From an uncultured Mycoplasmatota bacterium (GTDB lineage: Bacteria; Bacillota_I; Bacilli_A; RF39; UBA660), in assembly GCA_949288035.1 (NCBI GenBank), contig CASEIJ010000047.1:1592-65591 (forward strand): a DNA stretch of 64,000 bases, given 5' to 3'. The translations under genes and the position numbers were made by a program. Positions 1 through 7,880 of the stretch are shown here, piece by piece (within the stretch, counting starts at the first letter, position 1; each line of letters opens with the position of its first letter). The notes beneath the pieces are model-generated. The model ran no database searches and was not told the origin of the DNA. It worked only from the letters and a program-made list of their open reading frames with translations.

Positions 1-685
1 GGGAATCACTTTTAAAATAAGAAGCAATTGTTTTAGGAATATCTGTGATAATTCCTAAACAGTGATGATTTAATTCATTTATAATATGTAGTAATTCACT
101 TCTTTTGGTAATCGTCCATACATAATAAGGATACTTTATCTTAGAATCAATTGCTTTATCATAAATAGATAAAAACTTTAAATAAGATGGTATCATTTTT
201 TCTTTTACAAAAGTAATTTTTCCTAATGGGAAGTTAGGGTATTGTTTTTGAAACAGTTGCAAAAGGGAATCAGAAAAACTACAAATTTTAATATTTAGAT
301 GTGGGTATTTTTGTAATAAATCACCTACTTGATTAATATATATTTGGTTATTTTCTATACCATTTTTTAATTCAATTAAAATTTCTTTCTCTGTATCAAT
401 GACATCCAGAAAGTTTTTCAAAGTTGCAATCTTACTAGGATGTTTTTTTGTTCCAAAATTATATTGATATAATTCTGAAAGGGTCATCGTAGATAAAATT
501 CCCTTTCCATCACTTGTATGATCAATCGTTGCATTATGATGAATTACTAAAACTTGATCTTTTGTCATGCGAACATCTAATTCCACACCTTGAACAAATG
601 GTTGTTTTAAAGCATGCATGAGAGCCTCTATAGAATTTTCCGCAAATGGCATTTTCTCATATTTTCCTCGATGGGCAATGATCAT
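1..685 (-). CDS. glycerophosphodiester phosphodiesterase (GDPD family); C-terminus runs off the left edge
   Basis: Absent from the ORF track because there is no stop inside the window. Hand translation of the minus strand from ATG 685-683 stays open to nt 2: MIIAHRGKYEKMPFAENSIEALMHALKQPFVQGVELDVRMTKDQVLVIHHN...YVWTI...GIITDIP. The HRG, ENS, ELDV, TKD and ITD.P motifs are typical of GDPD enzymes. Confidence 0.75.
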   Translation of the reverse strand, partial: MIIAHRGKYEKMPFAENSIEALMHALKQPFVQGVELDVRMTKDQVLVIHHNATIDHTSDGKGILSTMTLSELYQYNFGTKKHPSKIATLKNFLDVIDTEKEILIELKNGIENNQIYINQVGDLLQKYPHLNIKICSFSDSLLQLFQKQYPNFPLGKITFVKEKMIPSYLKFLSIYDKAIDSKIKYPYYVWTITKRSELLHIINELNHHCLGIITDIPKTIASYFKSDS

Positions 686-769
686 AAAATCACCTATCTT
701 ATTCTATGTAAAGATTGACAAAGTTTTCTAACTTTTTTATAATAATTTCAAGATGTGAGGTGGTATTTT

Positions 770-1657
770 ATGGAAATTGTATATCATAATCAAGATGATT
801 TTTCAAAATTCTCATACACCTCTTTTTCTCACAAAGTATTAGAAGATAAACAAAATTATTATCATATTCTAGATCAAGAAGATAAAAATTTCTTTTATTT
901 AAAAGAAACAGAACCAACGAAATTACAAGTTTTAAATGAAATGAAAGACTTTCAACAATTTCTAAAAATAAAAGAATTAATTTTTGATAAAAAACAAAAT
1001 AATGAATATTTAGGCTATTCAGAAAGCAAATATAAAAAGAAATCTTTTGCCAATCAATTAAGAGAAATCCCAGAATGCGATAAGTTAACAACGATTTCTA
1101 TCTATTTTCAAGAATTAGATCGTATCATTCAAAAAGGACATCAATTAAATATTGTCTTTCCTAATTTATTCTCTGATTATTCTATTGCTTATGATATCAA
1201 AGAAGAAAGCTTATATCTATCTGGTGTAGATACATTACAAGTTGAGAATTATCAATCAATTCATGTCAATCCCTTTTTAAATGATTACAGAATATTAGAA
1301 CGTATCTACGGTTCTATTAAATATTTTGACGATCAAAAAAATTTATATCATCCAAATTTCGATCAATTAAATTTAATCAATCAATTCTTTATTTATACAT
1401 TAGGATTAAATCTATCCCATGAAATTATTGAACAAGAAGAATTAGGAATCTCATGTGAACATACATTAAAAACAATTTTAAAACAACACGGTTTAAGTAA
1501 TGAGAATGATTTATATCAATATTTAAAACATATTTATTTGTATGAAGAAAATCAAAAATATATAGCTGATGCTTATCCTTATATTGAAAAATTAGAAAGT
1601 GAATATCAATTACAGCAAGGAACACAATTCGTCAAAAGAAAAAGATGCATCATATAA
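770..1657 (+). CDS. hypothetical protein (tandem paralog A)
   Basis: ORF 755..1657. ATG at 770 is preceded by GAGGTGG (757-763). Shares blocks with the next ORF (YLGY; GHQLNIVFPNLF.D / AHQLHITIPALFWD; LYHPNFD / LFHPNAD). No motif I can name. Confidence 0.6.
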   Translation: MEIVYHNQDDFSKFSYTSFSHKVLEDKQNYYHILDQEDKNFFYLKETEPTKLQVLNEMKDFQQFLKIKELIFDKKQNNEYLGYSESKYKKKSFANQLREIPECDKLTTISIYFQELDRIIQKGHQLNIVFPNLFSDYSIAYDIKEESLYLSGVDTLQVENYQSIHVNPFLNDYRILERIYGSIKYFDDQKNLYHPNFDQLNLINQFFIYTLGLNLSHEIIEQEELGISCEHTLKTILKQHGLSNENDLYQYLKHIYLYEENQKYIADAYPYIEKLESEYQLQQGTQFVKRKRCII

Positions 1658-1672
1658 AGAGGAGATTTATGT

Positions 1673-2551
1673 ATGGATAAAAAATATATTAATAAAAATG
1701 ATTTGAAACATATGAAGATAAAACATCAAGATCAAATCAAAATCATCTATCAATTTTCAAATTCTCTTTTAGAAATATATCAAGAACATTTTTTAAAACA
1801 TGCATCTCAATCTATATTTCTAGATTTTGAGAAACTAAAATATTTACAAGACCTAAATAATCATCATTTTATTCTACCCTCTGCTCTTTTATTTGATTCT
1901 CATACAAAACAGTACCTCGGATATGAAACAGAAATAAAATCTTATAAAGAATGGAAAATATTTCTAAAAACGCATCACAATCATTTAGATTCTTTAACTG
2001 ACTATTATTTACAAATTCATCAAATGATAAAAGATGCACATCAATTACATATTACCATTCCTGCTTTATTTTGGGATACAAATTTATTGATTGATCCAGA
2101 TAACTATGAAATTTATTGTACTAATTTAGTTCATGCCCAAGTAAAAGAACTTCCTGCTATGATTGTCGATCCTAAGTTATATTTACTCCATCAAAAACAT
2201 TTACCAAACGTATATCAGAGTCAATTTTTATTTCACCCCAATGCAGATTTTATCGCTTTATTATCTTATTATTTCTATGACTGTACGAACTTAGACCTTT
2301 TAGCTAGTTTCTGTTATCAAAGTAATCATCCAGAAATTATCTATCGTTTTTTTCAATCATTTGGTTTGCAAGAAGAAACTGATTTCCGAAATCTTTATTA
2401 TCAATTGTTTTCTAAAACAGAAGTCCAAAATCCTGAATTTTCACAATATTTATTACATTTATTAGACAATTATGAAACCACTCCTGTATCAAATATTCCA
2501 AAGTTAAAAAAATTTGTTAAAGTAAAAAATAAAACACTTAGTCGTAACTAA
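1673..2551 (+). CDS. hypothetical protein (tandem paralog B)
   Basis: ORF with AGAGGAG RBS upstream. Paralogous to 770..1657. Confidence 0.6.
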   Translation: MDKKYINKNDLKHMKIKHQDQIKIIYQFSNSLLEIYQEHFLKHASQSIFLDFEKLKYLQDLNNHHFILPSALLFDSHTKQYLGYETEIKSYKEWKIFLKTHHNHLDSLTDYYLQIHQMIKDAHQLHITIPALFWDTNLLIDPDNYEIYCTNLVHAQVKELPAMIVDPKLYLLHQKHLPNVYQSQFLFHPNADFIALLSYYFYDCTNLDLLASFCYQSNHPEIIYRFFQSFGLQEETDFRNLYYQLFSKTEVQNPEFSQYLLHLLDNYETTPVSNIPKLKKFVKVKNKTLSRN

Positions 2552-2556
2552 GTGTT

Positions 2557-3231
2557 TTATTTATGTTCTAAAACAGCTTGTAATACTTCTTCTCCAATCT
2601 GTTCAATTGATTTCAATTGATTGTCTTTTACACATTCAATCGTTTTCCATTTATATACACTAGCAAGTTCTAAATAGGCATTCTCTGCTTTTTGTAAATA
2701 AGCTTCATCACTTTCTAACTGATCGGGAATCTCATTACGATTTTGTTTTAATTGACTTGTAAATTTAGAAGGCATGTGTAAAAACAACGCAATATCTGGT
2801 TTTGGCAATTCTAATAATTTAAATTCCAAAATATCTAACCATGCATACATATTCATACGTTCATTGGTATCTTCTATTTTTCCTGCTTGATGAGCCATAT
2901 TAGAATACACATAACGATCTAAGATTAATGAAATCCCTTGATTTAATTTTTCTTCAATTTTCGGTAAATTATATCTTCGATCTGCTGCATAATAAAGTGC
3001 CGCAACTTTAGGTTCTACAGATACTGCCCCTTCTGGAAACCACCCATCACCAATCGTAGCTTTTCCCAAAAATGGACCACCTATAATTCTTCCTGTTGGT
3101 GAATCATAATTAGGAAAACTAAACACTTCTACTTTCATTCCTTGCTCTTTTAAATGTTTAATTAATAATTTAGCCTGTGTCTCTTTTCCAGAACAATCTG
3201 TTCCTTCAATTACAATTAACTTCCCTCTCAT
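2557..3231 (-). CDS. tmk: thymidylate (dTMP) kinase
   Basis: N-terminal P-loop LIVIEGTDCSGKETQ, DRY motif (LDRYVYS), about 220 aa. Confidence 0.9.
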   Translation of the reverse strand: MRGKLIVIEGTDCSGKETQAKLLIKHLKEQGMKVEVFSFPNYDSPTGRIIGGPFLGKATIGDGWFPEGAVSVEPKVAALYYAADRRYNLPKIEEKLNQGISLILDRYVYSNMAHQAGKIEDTNERMNMYAWLDILEFKLLELPKPDIALFLHMPSKFTSQLKQNRNEIPDQLESDEAYLQKAENAYLELASVYKWKTIECVKDNQLKSIEQIGEEVLQAVLEHK

Positions 3232-3288
3232 ATTATTTTCCTCACATCTTTCAATCTAGTTTTATTATATAGGAAACATTTGTTCGTG

Positions 3289-3873
3289 TCAACCGACAAT
3301 TTCATTTTTTTCAAATGGTACTTCTAAAAACTTTTTACTTGCTAAAAAGTCACACATATGAACAAATCTCTGATACTTATTCGATGGTGCCTTTAACACT
3401 TCATTTCCTTGATAATCCTTTGTCCAAGGTCCCATATGTGTAGAAATCATATTCGTAAGTGCCTTTATTTCATGTTCTGTTAAGCTTAAATCATTTTGAT
3501 GACTTTCAATCATTTCACATACTAATAATGGATGATCAAACCTTGTATATCGTTCCTTTTCTCTCCCACATTTTAATCCATCATGTAATAACAATGCCAT
3601 TAAAATTATATCTTTCTCTTCTGGTTTAAACTGATAACCAATACTTTCATCTTGTAACAATTCATATGCAATTCTAACTGCTACTTTCGTATGACGAACT
3701 AAACCTCCTTCACCTAATGCATAACGAGGATGATACTTACCTGTAGAACTTGCTGGAATCTCAAAAAAATAATCAGGTAAATAAGAAATCAATTTCTTAA
3801 TATTCTCACGATACCTTTCCTCTTTTATATAATTTATTTCTCTTGTAAATATATTTATCTTTTTCTCATTCAT
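3289..3873 (-). CDS. HD-domain phosphohydrolase
   Basis: H...HD pattern (VRHTKVA ... LLLHDGLK) in a 194-aa ORF. Confidence 0.7.
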   Translation of the reverse strand: MNEKKINIFTREINYIKEERYRENIKKLISYLPDYFFEIPASSTGKYHPRYALGEGGLVRHTKVAVRIAYELLQDESIGYQFKPEEKDIILMALLLHDGLKCGREKERYTRFDHPLLVCEMIESHQNDLSLTEHEIKALTNMISTHMGPWTKDYQGNEVLKAPSNKYQRFVHMCDFLASKKFLEVPFEKNEIVG

Positions 3874-3982
3874 AAACTAACTACCTTTCTAACCATTAGT
3901 TTATCATATTTTCAATTTTTTCCAAAACAAAAGTAGTATCTAATTGATACTACAAATTATAATTAATTGATTACAAATGGGT

Positions 3983-4117
3983 CTAATTTCGTCTCTGTCC
4001 TGTAAATTCTAGATTTTGTGATAGAAGTGCATATCCTAAACCTAACATAAGAAATACACAAATCACAATCAATCCTATTAATAAATACTGTTTTCTTTTT
4101 TTCATAGCTCCTCTCAT
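3983..4117 (-). pseudogene. 44-aa N-terminal fragment paralogous to the signal-anchor region of ORF 26030..27511
   Basis: Hand translation gives MRGAMKKRKQYLLIGLIVICVFLMLGLGYALLSQNLEFTGQRRN*. Compare ...KKYFLVGSLCIAIFLMLGIGYAVLSQQLDINGTAQ in the 493-aa protein. It stops right after the anchor. Confidence 0.45.
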
Positions 4118-4181
4118 CTCCATTCATCTTCCTTTCTAGTTGTAAATACTTGCATAGGAGGATCTAGGAAATAACCACGAG

Positions 4182-4285
4182 AAAAAAGTTGTTTCCACTA
4201 CGAAAACAACTTTTTTTATTTTAAAAGGTTTAATAATGCATTTTTATTACCTAAATACCCCTCTCATAGTAGTTTATAGTTAACT
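4182..4285. repeat. repeat module R1, copy 1 (hairpin AAAAAAGTTGTTTCCACTACGAAAACAACTTTTTT plus TTATTACCTAAATACCC)
   Basis: Near-identical blocks recur at 27618..27745. Confidence 0.8.
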
Positions 4286-4621
4286 TGAATCTTGTTCATT
4301 TACTACACCTCTCGATTCTTCTACTATATCTGCATACAGTTTAAAACATTTTCATTCTCATGAAAAGAAATTTGCTATCTCTTTACAATTTGTTTGTAAA
4401 GCTTCTTGTCATATTTCTACTCTTTTCCAATTTTTGTATATTTACTTTATAATTATAGTACGTTTTTATTTTGTAACAACACATTTATATTAATTGTAAT
4501 TTAATTTATAAAGTGTACTTTGTTTGCTCTTCTATTTACTATATTGACCATTATTTTATTATTTGTTACAATCAAAATAACATTTATGTTTTTACGTTTA
4601 TATACAAGGTAGGAGGCACTT

Positions 4622-5224
4622 ATGGCAGTTGCTTATTATATGAATATGGAAACTATATCATTAGAAAACGCAAGAGATCACGCTGAAAAAATGACAAATA
4701 GTAATCATGTTGATGATAATAAAAATTTTTGCGACATTGATAAATTACAAAACAACCTTAAAAACGGTTGGATAGTCGCAGTATCCATGTGTAATTATCT
4801 TGAAAGTTTTTTAAATACAATTTTAAGAGATTGTATTCAATATGATAAAGAAATCTTCATGAAATTAAGTATTGAGACAAAAGTTGAAATTATCTATTTT
4901 TATTATAAGAAAGATTTTTCAAAAACAAAATCAAAAGATTGTTGGGAACAATTTAAAAAGTTAAATACATTACGTAATAATTTGGTACATTATAAAATCA
5001 ATCTTTTAGGATATAGCACTACTGTACCATTCGAATGGGAAAACAAATTGATTGGAATTGACATATTTACTAAAAAAAGAATGATAAAATTTATAAATAA
5101 AACCTGCGAGTTAACAAAAGAAATAGCACAAGATTTAAACTTGATAATAAATGATACAGTAAGTATTATTTGCGGTGCTGGAAAGGACCTTAATGTCAGT
5201 TATGTAACTACTCATAACGATTAA
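4622..5224 (+). CDS. stand-alone HEPN-domain protein (putative RNase/toxin-like)
   Basis: 200-aa helical ORF with FKKLNTLRNNLVHY, the Rx4H HEPN signature in its usual l..lRN.l.H context. RBS AGGAGG at 4610-4615. Candidate promoter TTGACC-17-TACAAT about 60 nt upstream. Confidence 0.55.
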   Translation: MAVAYYMNMETISLENARDHAEKMTNSNHVDDNKNFCDIDKLQNNLKNGWIVAVSMCNYLESFLNTILRDCIQYDKEIFMKLSIETKVEIIYFYYKKDFSKTKSKDCWEQFKKLNTLRNNLVHYKINLLGYSTTVPFEWENKLIGIDIFTKKRMIKFINKTCELTKEIAQDLNLIINDTVSIICGAGKDLNVSYVTTHND

Positions 5225-5265
5225 GTTTTTACAATCTTAAAAAAAGCTGTACTTTTTCACTGTAT

Positions 5266-5326
5266 GAAAAAACACCTAGCATAAGCCAAGTGACTTCCAT
5301 TTAAATGGACACTTAGTAAGTATCCC
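5266..5326 (-). ncRNA. candidate small transcript, copy 1 (conserved promoter plus intrinsic terminator)
   Basis: Minus-strand TTACAA (5360-5355), 16 nt, TATAAT (5338-5333). About 60 nt later comes hairpin CACTTGGC-TTAT-GCTAGGTG followed by a T-run. A 40-nt block is identical to copy 2 (28031-28070). Confidence 0.4.
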
Positions 5327-5368
5327 TCTTTCATTATATGATAATTATATGTAATTGTAAATAAATTG

Positions 5369-6463
5369 TTATGATAAAAATTCTATTAATATTTCATTTG
5401 ATATATATATTTTATCTTTTGGTATAAAAAGAAACCCATTGCTTTCTTCTAATAACTGTTTTTCTTTTAAAATTTGAACAGGAAATACTTCTTCTATTTC
5501 TTGATGAAATTTTTCTTTAAATATATCTTTTGAAATACCTTTTATTTTTCTTAATCCTAAAATACATTCATTTTCCATATCTTCTCTTTTAGATACCATA
5601 TGTTGTTCTAAAACAGTATTACCTTGTTCATAAGCTTGAATACTTCTTGTATTCTCATAACGAATATGATTGACATATCCACTTGCTCCTACTCCAAATC
5701 CATAATATGGTTCATTATTCCAATATACTAGATTATGTCTTGATTCGTAATTAGGTTTTGCAAAGTTACTTACTTCATAATGTTGATAACCTAGTTTTGA
5801 TAATTGCTTTTGAATGGTTTGATACATCCATAGTTCTAATTCTTCATCGATAGGTGTTAATTTTTTATTTCCTAATATGGTATGTTCTTCTAAAATAAGA
5901 GAATATGTAGATATATGAGGGACTTCTAAAGATGTGAAAAATTGTAAATCATTTAAAAACATTTCTTTTGTCTGCCATGGAAAGGCATACATAAAATCTA
6001 CATTGATATTAGAAAAGCCTACTTCTTTTACTAATTTTATTGTATCTAATACTTGTTCTTTCGTATGATGGCGATTTAATTTTTGAATACTTTTTTCGTC
6101 TACTGTTTGTATTCCAATACTAATACGATTAATCCCTGCTTGTAAAAATAATTCTAACTTTTCTCTTGTAATTGATTCAATATTACATTCAATTGTATAT
6201 TCTAGGTTTTCATCTTTTTTTAAAAGTTTTAAAATAGAAAACAATTGCTTTAATTCTTCTAAGGATAAAGAACTAGGAGTACCTCCTCCAATATAAATTG
6301 TTTTTAATACTTCTCCTTGATACTGATTACATATTTCTTTTTCTAATGCATTTAAATATTTGGTTACATTTCCACTTTTTTTATATATTTTACAAAAATC
6401 ACAATAAGAACATATATCATCACAAAAAGGAATATGAATATAACAACTAGTCGTCATGTTCAC
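5369..6463 (-). CDS. hemW: radical SAM heme chaperone HemW / oxygen-independent coproporphyrinogen oxidase-like
   Basis: CxxxCxxC radical-SAM cluster (FCDDICSYCDFC), GGGTPS motif, about 364 aa. Confidence 0.85.
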   Translation of the reverse strand: MNMTTSCYIHIPFCDDICSYCDFCKIYKKSGNVTKYLNALEKEICNQYQGEVLKTIYIGGGTPSSLSLEELKQLFSILKLLKKDENLEYTIECNIESITREKLELFLQAGINRISIGIQTVDEKSIQKLNRHHTKEQVLDTIKLVKEVGFSNINVDFMYAFPWQTKEMFLNDLQFFTSLEVPHISTYSLILEEHTILGNKKLTPIDEELELWMYQTIQKQLSKLGYQHYEVSNFAKPNYESRHNLVYWNNEPYYGFGVGASGYVNHIRYENTRSIQAYEQGNTVLEQHMVSKREDMENECILGLRKIKGISKDIFKEKFHQEIEEVFPVQILKEKQLLEESNGFLFIPKDKIYISNEILIEFLS

Positions 6464-6722
6464 TTAATAATTTCTTTACTTCTTCTTTAGAAACACCTAT
6501 TTTTTGATAATACATGAGTACTTCTTTCATCATATCTTCTGGAGTTAATGTTTCTAATGGTTTAGAAAAAGTAAATGCTCCTTGATCTTCTACTTTACTT
6601 AATAATTTTTGAAAACGTCCATGATAAAATCTAGCAAATTCTTTTGCACTTTCTTCATCTTCTAATGAAAATAATTCTTTTAAGGTCATGTGAAACCATT
6701 TTTGCTTCATACTACTCACCAT
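6447..6722 (-). CDS. hypothetical small protein
   Basis: ORF overlapping the hemW start by 17 nt. The start may be the internal MKQKWF. Confidence 0.45.
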   Translation of the reverse strand: MVSSMKQKWFHMTLKELFSLEDEESAKEFARFYHGRFQKLLSKVEDQGAFTFSKPLETLTPEDMMKEVLMYYQKIGVSKEEVKKLLSEHDD

Positions 6723-6745
6723 CTTTATTATACTATATTTTGTTC

Positions 6746-7795
6746 TTATCTGGTTAGATTTTTTATTTTTTTGAATTTCTTTTTAGATGTTTTTCCATCT
6801 TTTATATATTGTCTTAAAAAGTATAATTTATCTAAATTATTATCAAATATTAAATCACTAAATTCTAATGCTTGTTCTAAATTAATTTTCTCATATTCTT
6901 CTATATTTTCAAATTCCATTGGGAAAGAATTCTTTTTTTGTGTGTTTTTTAACACAATAGATTTTAATTGATGATTTTTTTCGATTCTAGCATCTAATAG
7001 TTCTTGATTGACAAAACCATTTTGAATATAAAGCATCATTTTCGTAAATACATTAATATTATTTTGCCATATAATTGGGTTTAATGTTCCATTCGGAAAA
7101 CGAAATTCTGTTGTATTATTGAGTTGTTGTTGTGTATAATCCCCAAAAAATGATTTTAAGTTTACACTTTGTTCTGTACGTAAGGCAACACGTGTTGCAA
7201 GTTCCCACATGTCTTTACTTCTATTTGTATCATAAAGAAATGATTCCCAATCTTCTCGCATTGGTTGTGCATACCATAATCTGTTTTTAGCGCCATAATA
7301 TTCTCCATATCCAAAACGATATAACATATTTTCATAAGCTGTTAATAGTTTTACAAATAAATAACATTGTTCTTGATTTTGTAATAAATGGGTTCCTACA
7401 TGGACATGAGCTCCAGATAAGGCAGTTTCATTTCCATATTTAGAAATCAGTTCACAGACTTGTTTTAATTGTTTCCAATCTTTTAATTGGTCACTTAAAA
7501 TATCGGACGTTACTTCCAAACCATAGTTACTTACTTCTTCTTCTAATCGCCATGTACTTGCTATTTGGTTTAAGCCTTCTTGTATGTTTCGATATGCTTG
7601 TGATATTTCTGATAGTGGACACCCAAATTCTATTTCAACCCCAAACGTTACTTCTTGTGGTAGTGATAATTGTGGTCTAAACTCTAATTGATAATTCTTT
7701 AGCAAATGAAATAATTGCTTTTTTTCTTTTAAAGATAATTGTAATAAATGCGTATTTTGGTTTGGATTCATATATTGAAATAAATCCTCTTTCAT
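6746..7795 (-). CDS. amidoligase-like protein (GS-like 'Amidoligase_2' pattern)
   Basis: FGVEIEF near the N-terminus, SGAHVHVG, TEFRFPNGTL. Start moved to MKEDLFQY (ATG 7795, RBS GGGGGAA), because the longer ORF would overlap ileS. Confidence 0.55.
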   Translation of the reverse strand: MKEDLFQYMNPNQNTHLLQLSLKEKKQLFHLLKNYQLEFRPQLSLPQEVTFGVEIEFGCPLSEISQAYRNIQEGLNQIASTWRLEEEVSNYGLEVTSDILSDQLKDWKQLKQVCELISKYGNETALSGAHVHVGTHLLQNQEQCYLFVKLLTAYENMLYRFGYGEYYGAKNRLWYAQPMREDWESFLYDTNRSKDMWELATRVALRTEQSVNLKSFFGDYTQQQLNNTTEFRFPNGTLNPIIWQNNINVFTKMMLYIQNGFVNQELLDARIEKNHQLKSIVLKNTQKKNSFPMEFENIEEYEKINLEQALEFSDLIFDNNLDKLYFLRQYIKDGKTSKKKFKKIKNLTR

Positions 7796-7880
7796 ATTAA
7801 ATTCCCCCTTTTTCAGGGAATTATCATACCACAAAATCAAGTATTTACCAAATTTAAAAAAAACAGGACAAAATCCTGTT

